This document shows, one piece after another, positions 39,637 to 48,504 of a DNA stretch of 64,000 nt (position 1 is its first letter; every line of letters starts with the position of its first letter). The notes beneath the pieces were generated by a model. The model was not told the origin of the DNA and searched no databases. It saw nothing but the letters and a program-made list of their open reading frames with translations. The DNA lies in the IMG/VR virus record IMGVR_UViG_3300042546_000155; one strand, written 5' to 3'. Made by a program: the position numbers and the translations under genes. Source of the stretch: a virus.

Positions 39637-39896
39637 CAGCCTACATCTTGATCTTCTTCATGGTGCTTGGCCCAATTGCCAAAAAATCCACTTGCATATC
39701 TAAAGTCACCCGCACGTGCCTTCTTTAGATATTCATCTACAGAAAGAGCGACATATGATCTATCTGAGTTTGACACGACTTTCTTTGTCGTAGTGCGAAA
39801 GACATGACCAAGGTAATCAAGAGATTGTTCCTTGGTCAGATTTGATTTATTTAGTTCGGCGATTAGAAGATTGATGTTATTTTCCACAGTGTTCAT
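39633..39896 (-). CDS. Hypothetical protein
   Basis: 87 aa, GAGG SD. Confidence 0.6.
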   Translation of the reverse strand: MNTVENNINLLIAELNKSNLTKEQSLDYLGHVFRTTTKKVVSNSDRSYVALSVDEYLKKARAGDFRYASGFFGNWAKHHEEDQDVGC

Positions 39897-39988
39897 AACA
39901 ATACCTCACATCATTTGGTGGTGAATTTCGGCCTATTAGCGGATGGTTTCCTTGGATTAAATTCCGTTTGGAATGGAGCATCTTTTAC

Positions 39989-40017
39989 ATTATATGCGGT
40001 TTTACCAACATTGTCAA
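39989..40017 (-). promoter_or_regulatory. Consensus sigma70 promoter
   Basis: TTGACA-17 bp-TATAAT. Confidence 0.8.
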
Positions 40018-40021
40018 CCTT

Positions 40022-40594
40022 TTAACTTATTGTTTGATAAGCACCGGAGAGATCAAAATGACTTGTGTTTGATGTCGCTCCAACTGGTGTGGTATTTTTC
40101 CAGGCCAAATCTGTGGTACTACCTGAATAGTAGAGTTTCATAACTGTGTTGCTTGTGTCTATATCAGTGATACCAGCAATATGATATTTGGCATCACCAT
40201 TTGCTTGATGTAATGTACCGGCTCTAACCGTTATTGTTGCGACAGAAGGCGCTGGCAAAACAATCTGATACTGCCCACCAACATTGAAAGATGCGGCATT
40301 ACAATTAGCAAAATCTACATTAATTCTAAAGTGTGTAATAAGACCTTGCTTTACATAAGACCCTGTAGTAACTACACCAGGAACGTTGGCACCATTTGCT
40401 GTAAATTGAGGATCAAAAGTTTGATTGATAGAAAGTATACTAAAAGGAATACCACCAGGAGTCTCTCCATCCGAAAGTCGGAGAGGTGTCTGACCATCTG
40501 TATCATAGAATATTTCACCGGGTCTTCCGATGTATTCGGTGGCCTGGGTTCCGCCCATATGGGCAGCGAACATTTTGAAGGTAACATTTGACAT
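40022..40594 (-). CDS. Late-expressed fibre-like/structural protein
   Basis: YIGRPGEIFYD...LRLSDGETPGG motif; TATAAATA at 40623-40630 and AGGAG SD. Confidence 0.6.
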   Translation of the reverse strand: MSNVTFKMFAAHMGGTQATEYIGRPGEIFYDTDGQTPLRLSDGETPGGIPFSILSINQTFDPQFTANGANVPGVVTTGSYVKQGLITHFRINVDFANCNAASFNVGGQYQIVLPAPSVATITVRAGTLHQANGDAKYHIAGITDIDTSNTVMKLYYSGSTTDLAWKNTTPVGATSNTSHFDLSGAYQTIS

Positions 40595-40644
40595 TGTAGA
40601 AACTCCTGGTGTAATTTACTTCTATTTATATAACATGTAAACTA

Positions 40645-41361
40645 TCATAGTCCCATTTCAGTTTTTTGAATGATATATTCTTTAACTGTACCAGAACGAA
40701 CAATGTCTTCAATACCAAATTCGATATGGTCGAATGATGACATACGGCGAGTTATTGCCATCAGTTCTCTAATACCAGTCTTGTCATGTGGTTTGTGTAG
40801 ATCACTCTGACGGTAATCACCACAAAAGACGATACGAGAGTTGGTACCTATACGGGTCATAACAGTATCGATTTCTTGGAAGTTCATGTTGTTACATTCG
40901 TCAACGATGATAATGGAATCATTGAAGGTCGTACCACGGAGGAACGATGTAGTGGTGAACTCGACCATTCTTTTCATCTTTAGTATCTTCCAACCATCAC
41001 CACGACCAAATAGATCGTCACAAATTTCCTGATAGGGTTGTTCGTAAACTTCCGCTTTCTGTTTTTCCGAACCGGGCAAGAAGCCCATGTCTCTTGATGG
41101 AACTACCGAACGGATGATAACGACCCTCTTATATGTCTCCTCGATTAGCACCTCCCTTAGTGCAAGATATGATGATAGAAAAGTTTTACCGGTGCCGGCA
41201 TAACCATGTAGCATGAGATTTGAACCGGCTTCGTAGGCGTCCCATACTCTCTGTTGATTGACAGTGAGTGGCTTAATGTGACGAAGTTCGAAGTGGTTTC
41301 TCTCAGCCTGATTTTGAGGCTGATGCTGTTGTTGGTTATTTCTTTTCGACTTTCTTGACAT
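40645..41361 (-). CDS. phoH: PhoH-family ATPase
   Basis: Start MSRKSK at 41361; GYAGTGKT, GFLPG, FLRGTTF..SIIIVDE, CGD..QSDL, DIVRSG. Confidence 0.93.
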   Translation of the reverse strand: MSRKSKRNNQQQHQPQNQAERNHFELRHIKPLTVNQQRVWDAYEAGSNLMLHGYAGTGKTFLSSYLALREVLIEETYKRVVIIRSVVPSRDMGFLPGSEKQKAEVYEQPYQEICDDLFGRGDGWKILKMKRMVEFTTTSFLRGTTFNDSIIIVDECNNMNFQEIDTVMTRIGTNSRIVFCGDYRQSDLHKPHDKTGIRELMAITRRMSSFDHIEFGIEDIVRSGTVKEYIIQKTEMGL

Positions 41362-41400
41362 ATATTTTACCTTATTGTTATCGTTATTCACATCTCCATA

Positions 41401-41439
41401 AACAAAAGAGGTCGATGCCTTTTTACGGGCACGACCTCT
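41401..41439 (-). terminator. Putative terminator/hairpin upstream of phoH
   Basis: AGAGGTCGTGCC...GGCATCGACCTCT-TTTGTT. Confidence 0.6.
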
Positions 41440-41470
41440 AAACTTTTTACTGTGATGTTCTGTTGTCAGG

Positions 41471-41734
41471 TTAAATCTCCTTGGGAATGTCCCAACGCTT
41501 GCTTGCAACGGCAGATGCCTCTGGCACAGCGGACTTGATTCGACCGAGAACATACTTTTGAAAATCTGCTGGCGGCTTTGTGATACCGACATTCACCGGA
41601 TCAACCATTGTAAAGTTGCGTAGCACTTGACGAAGTTGGGGATTATTCTTTTCAAACTCATCACGCTCGGCAATGGTCATTGTGTTGGTGAACTCCTCAC
41701 CAGTCTCTTTATTTTCCCATGTGTAATTAGGCAT
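41471..41734 (-). CDS. FmdB-like (Cys-less) small protein
   Basis: MPNYTWENKETGEEF...MTIAERDEF..NNP.L. Confidence 0.6.
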   Translation of the reverse strand: MPNYTWENKETGEEFTNTMTIAERDEFEKNNPQLRQVLRNFTMVDPVNVGITKPPADFQKYVLGRIKSAVPEASAVASKRWDIPKEI

Positions 41735-41927
41735 CAACATTGTCCTTTGGATCATAAAATTTATTGTTGTTTATTCCACCGTTCATGTTAGCACCGAGAA
41801 ACATAGGTGCTGATAACAGTTTTTCTAGTTCAGGATGGTTTGTTAGAAACTCATCCAGTTCGGAGACAGACATGAAAACATCAAATGTCTCCCCGGTTTG
41901 CTTATCACGAAACGAATAAGTTGGCAT
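41727..41927 (-). CDS. FmdB-like (Cys-less) small protein
   Basis: MPTYSFRDKQTGETF...MSVSELDEFL.NHP.L. Confidence 0.6.
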   Translation of the reverse strand: MPTYSFRDKQTGETFDVFMSVSELDEFLTNHPELEKLLSAPMFLGANMNGGINNNKFYDPKDNVDA

Positions 41928-41929
41928 TG

Positions 41930-42475
41930 TTACTCCATAATCCAGTCTGGTGCGGTAGCTGGCGCTTTCCATGAATGAAGGTGTGCCTTGCCTACCTTGT
42001 AGTAGTTGCGATAGTTCACAACTGCGTCTTCCGATATGATGTATTTAGCATCCATGGCACTTGGAGGTTGTGTCTTATAGCCAACAGGAATGTTATTTGG
42101 CAGAGCAGCGAGGATGCCTTTAAGACCGCTTTCTTCGATCTTATGTACCTTGCCATAACGGCGAGTGTATTCACGACAATGCTCATCTAGATAACACCAC
42201 AGCCAGTTGTAGTTGTTATTGGACTCACGAGCCCAAACGGCCGACGGGTGATTGATATGCGTGGCAGAATACAAAGAAGTCTCACGACTATCAGATAAAC
42301 GCCATCTTTTGACACTCCGACCGGTCTTCGTTTTGTCGGTATATTGAACGCCGTCAATAACACGGTGAGCAGTAGAAAGCAACTGTGCAGCCTCAAGAAT
42401 CATCTTGACGACATGACGATCAACAGCCCACTGGGCGCACATTTTAGGATCAGAGTGAATATAAAAGATATTCAT
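41930..42475 (-). CDS. Pyrimidine-dimer DNA glycosylase / endonuclease V-like protein
   Basis: MNIFY...D.HVVKMILE.AQLLSTAH, THINHPS..W, EY..RYGK.H. Confidence 0.75.
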   Translation of the reverse strand: MNIFYIHSDPKMCAQWAVDRHVVKMILEAAQLLSTAHRVIDGVQYTDKTKTGRSVKRWRLSDSRETSLYSATHINHPSAVWARESNNNYNWLWCYLDEHCREYTRRYGKVHKIEESGLKGILAALPNNIPVGYKTQPPSAMDAKYIISEDAVVNYRNYYKVGKAHLHSWKAPATAPDWIME

Positions 42476-42690
42476 CTTACGATACATCCTTTTAGGTCGG
42501 AGAGTAAACCATTTAGAACAGCCCGTGTAAAGGCATCTTCGTTACCATTTAAAAGATTGTGAAGGTTCATGGCATAATAGGCTGCATTATCACCACGAAT
42601 GAACACGCCGGGCCAGTCATCACCAATCTGGGTCGGACCGGTCTCTACTCGTTTGTCAAGTTCAACATCAATTTTACGAATCTCAGGCAT
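42472..42690 (-). CDS. Hypothetical protein
   Basis: RVETGP.Q.GDDWPGVFIRGDNA. Confidence 0.6.
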   Translation of the reverse strand: MPEIRKIDVELDKRVETGPTQIGDDWPGVFIRGDNAAYYAMNLHNLLNGNEDAFTRAVLNGLLSDLKGCIVR

Positions 42691-43075
42691 AACGATCCTT
42701 TAGAAAGTTTTCCATGTAGTGACGGATATTTGCCGCACCGATAGGATTGGCACTGTGAACATTATACGAGAAGCCATCTAGGTTGTCAACATTCTCCATG
42801 ATCCAATCGCACAGCCACTTGGCGAAGTCATACCCGGTAAACTCACGAGGCGCACCAGTGCGAGGTGCACCGTCCATATACTCGTCCATAGGACCGTATG
42901 CAGACTCCAGATTGTAATGAACATCTGCAAGGTCATGATCGAACGATACATGATACGGAAGACCATAGTTCTTCACATACCAAACAGCATCATGATAGTT
43001 CCGTGCCAGGCGCCAATCTGAATCAAGATCAGGCAGATTGCGCAGGTCATCCAGATAGAGTTTATACATCATCAT
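42683..43075 (-). CDS. Cyclic-phosphate-processing receiver-domain protein
   Basis: LYLDDLR, SFDHDL, TGYD..KWL and VHSANP.GA motifs. Confidence 0.7.
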   Translation of the reverse strand: MMMYKLYLDDLRNLPDLDSDWRLARNYHDAVWYVKNYGLPYHVSFDHDLADVHYNLESAYGPMDEYMDGAPRTGAPREFTGYDFAKWLCDWIMENVDNLDGFSYNVHSANPIGAANIRHYMENFLKDRYA

Positions 43076-43220
43076 AAAACATATCCCAGTAACCTTGATC
43101 CCAATAATTGGCGAGAGCGAGACTTACACCATCGTATGGATTATCCACTAGATTGATGCCATCTTCAAAATAAGCCTCACAACCTTCATTGTAGGCAATT
43201 TGTTTTAGTTCGTCGGTCAT
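43062..43220 (-). CDS. Rmf/CrpP-fold-like small protein, 52 aa, not in ORF track
   Basis: AYNEGCEAY..G.....NPY.......YWDQGY matches the RMF-type A..G..A...G....PY....W..GW pattern; ATGA-coupled to the ligase. Confidence 0.5.
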   Translation of the reverse strand: MTDELKQIAYNEGCEAYFEDGINLVDNPYDGVSLALANYWDQGYWDMFYDDV

Positions 43221-44335
43221 AGGTCTCTCTTACCTTTCCAGAAAGCAACGACAACGGGGAAGCGGAGTTTGCCGTCTTCCGTTTTGTTCTGATACCGTAC
43301 CGTTACGCTTGTATAACCATAATCATTATACAATAGGTCTTTAAGGAAGTCAAACTTCCCACGCACTCCTGCAAACTGTGTGGTTCCGTCTTTCAAACGG
43401 ATTTCAATCCGCTTGACAGCACCTGCCCAATTGCCTTTACCTTCTTCCATAGAAACGATTTCAAATTCATCGTCCTCAAATTCCTTATGCTTGATAAGGT
43501 TCTTTGAACGCTTACCTTCATAAAGAGAGTCAGGAACACGAAGCATTTGACCTTCATATCCTTCTTCAAGGTTCCAAGAAAGATTTTCCATAATTTGTTC
43601 TTCGCTTTCTGCAATTGTAGATTCTACAAAACGGATACATGGAGAAGGATGATCTTCCAACAAAACAGCACCTAAAAATTCTTTACGGTTCATAAAAGTC
43701 CAATTGCGATCATAATCAATCATATCATAAACATGATATTGGATCGTCTTTCTGGACTCTTCCAGATCATCAACAGTCGGTTTAGTCTTACGAGCAAGAG
43801 AAATAATCTTCTCAAAGTCGTTTTTTAGTTCATGATTATACAGTTCTCCATCAAGAACAATTTCGGGATATTCCCGAAAGAACGGTTCGAGTGCTTCATG
43901 AATATGAGGCGCAGAAAGAATAGGCTTGCCGTTGCGTGACTGCATACCGTCTTTTGATACGAGACAACGAACACCATCAAGTTTCGGCTGCGAGTAATAA
44001 GGGAACTTGTTATGCTTTGCAGGGTTATATTTGTCGGCAAGCATACACTCAACGAACTTGGCACCATTCTTAGCCCAAGTGGTAGTCTGATGATACTTGC
44101 CTTGATATTCTTTCTTTGTGATTTCAGAAAGCACTTCTAACTCAACCTGTTCTTTCACAGTGGTTGCGTTAGCACGACCGACATTCTTGGCCTCTGGATA
44201 CTTCCACCCAGAAACTACAATCTTGCCATCTTTGATGCCGGAATGAGTGCGATACTTTGTATCGTCATACTCCATCCACCACACACGGGTGTTACCTTTA
44301 GAGTCAATCTTGTAAAGTTTCTGGGTGGCTTTCAT
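43217..44335 (-). CDS. ATP-dependent DNA ligase
   Basis: QPKLDGVRC, LDGELY, YEGQMLR, KRS..L.K.K, LRFP. Confidence 0.92.
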   Translation of the reverse strand: MKATQKLYKIDSKGNTRVWWMEYDDTKYRTHSGIKDGKIVVSGWKYPEAKNVGRANATTVKEQVELEVLSEITKKEYQGKYHQTTTWAKNGAKFVECMLADKYNPAKHNKFPYYSQPKLDGVRCLVSKDGMQSRNGKPILSAPHIHEALEPFFREYPEIVLDGELYNHELKNDFEKIISLARKTKPTVDDLEESRKTIQYHVYDMIDYDRNWTFMNRKEFLGAVLLEDHPSPCIRFVESTIAESEEQIMENLSWNLEEGYEGQMLRVPDSLYEGKRSKNLIKHKEFEDDEFEIVSMEEGKGNWAGAVKRIEIRLKDGTTQFAGVRGKFDFLKDLLYNDYGYTSVTVRYQNKTEDGKLRFPVVVAFWKGKRDL

Positions 44336-44344
44336 ATTATCCTC

Positions 44345-45172
44345 TTATGGTTTCAGGACACTACGCATAAAGTCGAGACCTTTCATTTCAAGGCTCGTAT
44401 CTTTTAGTTCGTGGCCGCCGTCGAATGTATAGAACTTGTGATATACACCGAGTTGATTCAACTTTGTTGCCACCATAACAGACTGTGCATAAGGCACAAT
44501 ATCATCTTTTGTTCCGTGTATGATACAAGTTGGAGGGAACAAAGCGGTGACTGCATAGATGGGCGAAGCAGATTGATACAGTCCGGGGTTTTGCTCATAT
44601 GTTGTATTGTTGAACAGCGGCAAAACACCAATAAGGTCTTTCATCTTTGCTCCGCCAAGGTCGCAAGGGCCGAAAACATCAAGAATGCAACTTGCACTAG
44701 GGCTAAAATTAGAATGTAAATGACTCCTATCGCCGGGGATAGTATTAGGATTAGCACCAACCATAAGCGCCAAATGACCACCGGCAGAATCACCTCCAAC
44801 TCCAATGCGATTAGGATCGATACGAAAGTTGACAGCATTGGATCTTACCCATCTAATGGCATTTTGAACATCTTGAAACTGGGCTGGCCATTGCGTTGTC
44901 TTGTCCTCATATGTGGCAAGACGGTAGTTTATTGCAATGACATGAAAACCGGCCAGAGCATAGCGTCTAGCACGGCCCTCGTATGCGGATTTATCACCAG
45001 CAGACCAACCACCACCGTGGATAAACACAACCACAGGACGAACCCCTCGATTAAGGAGATAGAGGTCAGCGGTCTCCGATTTCGACACACCATATGGGAT
45101 ATCCTTATAAACTGTCCAGTTGGGTTTGATGATGTTAGAGAAGTATGGAAGAATGTAGTTAAGTGGGTTCAT
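44345..45172 (-). CDS. Alpha/beta hydrolase (HSL-like esterase)
   Basis: HGGGW oxyanion hole, GDSAGG nucleophile, HGTKDDIVP, GGH. Confidence 0.88.
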   Translation of the reverse strand: MNPLNYILPYFSNIIKPNWTVYKDIPYGVSKSETADLYLLNRGVRPVVVFIHGGGWSAGDKSAYEGRARRYALAGFHVIAINYRLATYEDKTTQWPAQFQDVQNAIRWVRSNAVNFRIDPNRIGVGGDSAGGHLALMVGANPNTIPGDRSHLHSNFSPSASCILDVFGPCDLGGAKMKDLIGVLPLFNNTTYEQNPGLYQSASPIYAVTALFPPTCIIHGTKDDIVPYAQSVMVATKLNQLGVYHKFYTFDGGHELKDTSLEMKGLDFMRSVLKP

Positions 45173-45194
45173 GATTGACTCCTTTCAATCTTAT

Positions 45195-45566
45195 CTAGCA
45201 ATCCTCCGATAAGATTTCACGGCCAACATCAGGACCCCAATTTACTTCCTTGCTTACCTGATCTTCCCGATGTTTAACACTATCGAAGATAAAACGCAAC
45301 TTGTTTTCTGTTGGCCAGAAACTTAGATAAGCGTTTTCACGATCAAATAGTTCCAGATATTCTTTCTCCGTGATAACACGATGGGAAAAGATATCTTCCG
45401 CAATATGATTCTGTGATACTTCTTCTAGTTTGTCTTGATAAGTTCCGGCTGTAATAGCGTCGGTCACATCATCAAGAGCATAATCATTTGGCTCACTATC
45501 AGGTAGTCGCACAACATATGTGTGGCGGAATGTGGAAACAGTTTCGACTAGGACAAGTTTGGACAT
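45195..45566 (-). CDS. Hypothetical protein
   Basis: 123 aa, GGAG SD. Confidence 0.6.
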   Translation of the reverse strand: MSKLVLVETVSTFRHTYVVRLPDSEPNDYALDDVTDAITAGTYQDKLEEVSQNHIAEDIFSHRVITEKEYLELFDRENAYLSFWPTENKLRFIFDSVKHREDQVSKEVNWGPDVGREILSEDC

Positions 45567-45570
45567 TATA

Positions 45571-45777
45571 TCAACTCCGTTCGATTAAGTCAAGTAGATT
45601 AGTTAGGAAACGTTCCTCTTGACTACACTGACCGACAATACCTTCCCACACAGGATCAATCTTTGCAGTCTGGGCAAAATCATGTTTGATACGCCGCAGA
45701 TCGGCTAGTCTATTATAAATCTTTTCTTTGATTTCGATTAGTGCCACATCGGCGCTTTTAGTTAGAAACTCTGTCAT
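45571..45777 (-). CDS. Hypothetical protein
   Basis: 68 aa, coupled. Confidence 0.55.
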   Translation of the reverse strand: MTEFLTKSADVALIEIKEKIYNRLADLRRIKHDFAQTAKIDPVWEGIVGQCSQEERFLTNLLDLIERS

Positions 45778-46190
45778 TCTACCACCTCTAGTTTATCTTT
45801 ATTTACTTTCAATGTCACTTTCTTAGCAGCATTGATATCACCACTCAATTTCGTATAGTCACGACCACCATCAATAGCAACTGGGCCGCACTCCCGATAA
45901 TCGTGACGATAACGAGAATAATATACATCATCACCAATCTGAATGCCCTCGAAAGGTTCAGTGGCAGAGATACCATTGGTGATCATAAACTGTTCACCAT
46001 TATTATACAAGGCAAAGTAGTTTGAACCCTGCGGGTGTGCTTCTTCTGTATAAAAGATAGCAGCAGGAAAGTTGGCCCAGCCATGCTTGCCTTTGATACA
46101 AGACTCCATAACGAATGTAGCCTTATACATATTCTCAACCTTAGCAATGCCATCAGGCTTTAGAAAGGTGCATTCATTATGGATTTTCAT
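45774..46190 (-). CDS. Conserved phage hypothetical protein
   Basis: YSRYRHDY......IDGGRDY motif. Confidence 0.65.
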   Translation of the reverse strand: MKIHNECTFLKPDGIAKVENMYKATFVMESCIKGKHGWANFPAAIFYTEEAHPQGSNYFALYNNGEQFMITNGISATEPFEGIQIGDDVYYSRYRHDYRECGPVAIDGGRDYTKLSGDINAAKKVTLKVNKDKLEVVE

Positions 46191-46399
46191 TACTCACCTT
46201 TCAGGTTCAGATCGACATTGTTATTGCGGAAGTTATCAGTCATAACATTATATTTGAAACAAGCCTGACTTTTCATGTCACCACTATTCACACAATCCAT
46301 TTTCAACTGAAAATCATACCAAGCGCCAAATATAATGCAGCCGAACATGACCGCAAAAAGAAGGCAGAGGAAGGCGAAGAACCAATCAAAGTGACGCAT
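46190..46399 (-). CDS. Small membrane protein
   Basis: N-terminal TM segment. Confidence 0.55.
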   Translation of the reverse strand: MRHFDWFFAFLCLLFAVMFGCIIFGAWYDFQLKMDCVNSGDMKSQACFKYNVMTDNFRNNNVDLNLKGE

Positions 46400-46745
46400 T
46401 TTTAACTCCGTCTATATGAGAACAGTGATTGCGATATTTGTATGCCGTGCAGGTGCATGAATAACGATTCAGCGGACCCGCAGTTACGACATATTTGCTA
46501 TCCACGATTTTAACATTATCACTAACATTTGACCTGTCGACCCATGCTTGGATAATGTTTCGCTTATCAAGTATGCGGACCGGTGCATCCATATCTCCAG
46601 TTGTTAGAAAGAACTCATTCTCGGATAGCCATGATTGACGAGGCACTACCCAGCCCATATATACTACTTCTTTGGGGTAACGGTAAGTTGCTATGTGTGG
46701 ATAGTCACACATAGCACTTCGATATTTTAATTTTAGATACGCCAT
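46386..46745 (-). CDS. SWIM zinc-finger protein
   Basis: CTCTAYKYRNHCSHI. Confidence 0.7.
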   Translation of the reverse strand: MAYLKLKYRSAMCDYPHIATYRYPKEVVYMGWVVPRQSWLSENEFFLTTGDMDAPVRILDKRNIIQAWVDRSNVSDNVKIVDSKYVVTAGPLNRYSCTCTAYKYRNHCSHIDGVKNASL

Positions 46746-46759
46746 ATGGCACTCCGAAA

Positions 46760-47347
46760 TTAAATGCCAAGAGCCTTGAGGTCAAGGCCTTCAATCGAGT
46801 CCCAATCACGATCAATGTTGAACGAAGTGCCAACTTCACCGCTAGTGCCGAAAGTCTCGGTCACATCGTCAAATTCACGGACATTCTTGGGCTTGAACTT
46901 AGCACCGACTGCCTTGAGCTTTGCAAGGTTAGCTGCCTTGATATCAGCAACGGACTTTTTAGCAGCGACCTTCTTAGGAGCAGCCGCAGCAGCCTTCTTA
47001 GCAGCAAATTCCTTGCTGGTCTTTGCGACAATCGTAGAAAGCTTAACAGTCTTTTGCTTGGGAGCCTTAGCAGCCTTCGGAGCAGCAGCCTTACGGGCAG
47101 CGCCGTGGACAGTGTTACGAATAGCCTCAGCGTTAGAGGGTTCAGCGATTAGCGTATAAGACGCAACCTGGCGACCGTCTTTTTGCTTAGTGATGGTAAA
47201 GCCAAGCTTGCCGAGGTACCAGACATGCTTAGACGCATAATCGCCATCGCCGACATGAGCATTAATCTCGGCCGGGGTAACGGGAACATTCATCTTGATA
47301 ACCTGAAGGACCTTGACAACAGTAGGAGAGATAGTCAGATTTGCCAT
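46760..47347 (-). CDS. DNA-binding protein with histone H1-like Lys/Ala-rich region
   Basis: Winged-helix-like N-terminus; KAAAPKAAKAPK...AAKKAAAAAPKKVAAKK; acidic tail. Confidence 0.6.
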   Translation of the reverse strand: MANLTISPTVVKVLQVIKMNVPVTPAEINAHVGDGDYASKHVWYLGKLGFTITKQKDGRQVASYTLIAEPSNAEAIRNTVHGAARKAAAPKAAKAPKQKTVKLSTIVAKTSKEFAAKKAAAAAPKKVAAKKSVADIKAANLAKLKAVGAKFKPKNVREFDDVTETFGTSGEVGTSFNIDRDWDSIEGLDLKALGI

Positions 47348-47379
47348 AGTTAAGACCTCGCTTTTTTGATTTATGCTCT

Positions 47380-47446
47380 ATTATAGGACAGTTTGGGACC
47401 CCTTGCAAGGGAAAAATGCCCGAAAAAGTGCGACATGATGACGCAC
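47380..47446 (-). promoter_or_regulatory. Early promoter with upstream palindromic box
   Basis: TTGCAA-17-TATAAT; box GTGCGTCATCATGTCGCAC 19 bp upstream of -35. Confidence 0.75.
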
Positions 47447-47453
47447 CCCTAGT

Positions 47454-47675
47454 CTATCGATTAGGTAGACTATTCAAGGCTTGGACTGGGCCATACCGGT
47501 CGTCCATGTCATAATACAGGGAATCGATAATCCCCCCGACCATGTCACGGTCGACCTTGAGAGCGGACCGGGCGTTTACATACTCGACCACATCGCCGAG
47601 ATAATAAGCGCCAGCTTCAATAGCATCGCCCACGAGTTCCACGATTTCGGTATAAGCATCAGACATGCGAGACAT
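47454..47675 (-). CDS. Hypothetical protein
   Basis: 73 aa, AAGGAGG SD. Confidence 0.6.
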   Translation of the reverse strand: MSRMSDAYTEIVELVGDAIEAGAYYLGDVVEYVNARSALKVDRDMVGGIIDSLYYDMDDRYGPVQALNSLPNR

Positions 47676-47691
47676 ATTATTCCTCCTTCAA

Positions 47692-47901
47692 TCAGCAATC
47701 GGGGTCAAAATCATGCCACTCCTGCATTTCATCAGGCTGGCCATCATAATCATCTTCCCCGTCCTCGTCAGACAGATTGACGTCATAAAACTCTTCCACA
47801 TCGGACTCGCTCATCCAGCAGAGCAATTCACGGATAAGAGTATCACGATCCAGCATACCTTCATCGACCATTTCGATGATCTTATTCGTATAAGAGCGCA
47901 T
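47692..47901 (-). CDS. Acidic hypothetical protein
   Basis: DGQPDEMQEWHDFDPDC C-terminal motif. Confidence 0.65.
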   Translation of the reverse strand: MRSYTNKIIEMVDEGMLDRDTLIRELLCWMSESDVEEFYDVNLSDEDGEDDYDGQPDEMQEWHDFDPDC

Positions 47902-48025
47902 TATATTATTCTCCCAAACTTAGATATGATCATAGTCACGATAAGAGCGGCGAACAAAAAGGCGACCGTAGCCCATTCAGGAAAGAATGCATAAGCTGGC
48001 CAGCCTTTGGGGATTACGATTGTCA

Positions 48026-48259
48026 TTAGGCGTTCCAACCCATCCAGTCTTCAATCTGATTCTGTGACACTTCAACAGCCACAGCACCATCAAGCCACTT
48101 GTTGATATGCTTTGAGGTAGTGCGAGAGAATTTAGTGGAGGTGCGATAAAACTTGCCTTTGACATAAGCAGCAACAGGCGTCTTATATGAAACGAGAAAG
48201 GCATTCTCGCCATGACGGATTTCAATCTGATTTGAACCGATAGAAGCAGCACGAAGCAT
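48026..48259 (-). CDS. Conserved phage hypothetical protein
   Basis: SY.TPVAA...S.TTSKHINKWL. Confidence 0.65.
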   Translation of the reverse strand: MLRAASIGSNQIEIRHGENAFLVSYKTPVAAYVKGKFYRTSTKFSRTTSKHINKWLDGAVAVEVSQNQIEDWMGWNA

Positions 48260-48287
48260 TTAATTTCCTTTCCTCATTGTTGAACAT

Positions 48288-48355
48288 ATCATAGGACATA
48301 TTCCGTCAAGAGTCAATAGGAAAACGACTAAAAGAGGTGTGACAGATTGTCGCAC
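48288..48355 (-). promoter_or_regulatory. Early promoter with upstream palindromic box
   Basis: TTGACT-17-TATGAT; box GTGCGACAATCTGTCACAC 20 bp upstream of -35. Confidence 0.75.
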
Positions 48356-48504
48356 CCCTTATGGCCACGCTTACGGTCGTATTTGACCTTGGACTTGACT
48401 ATTCGTTGCCTGAATTGCCCATTTTTGAGCGCAAAAGCCACGGGGTTGGCAGCACCGGTGGTGCGTTTGCCCCGCTGGCTCGTGGTACCCCCGCTTTTTG
48501 ACAT
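48328..48504 (-). CDS. ArfA-like small basic protein, 58 aa, not in ORF track
   Basis: GAGGAG SD; MSKSGGTTSQRGKRTTGAANPVAFALKNGQFRQRIVKSKVKYDRKRGHKGCDNLSHLF resembles the ArfA L...FRQR..K.K...Y.RK..H core. Confidence 0.6.
   Translation of the reverse strand: MSKSGGTTSQRGKRTTGAANPVAFALKNGQFRQRIVKSKVKYDRKRGHKGCDNLSHLF

Noticed and set aside
39900-39985. Possible tRNA-like RNA ending CACCA after the consensus promoter
   Set aside because: I could not form an acceptor stem or T-arm; treated as a 5' leader.
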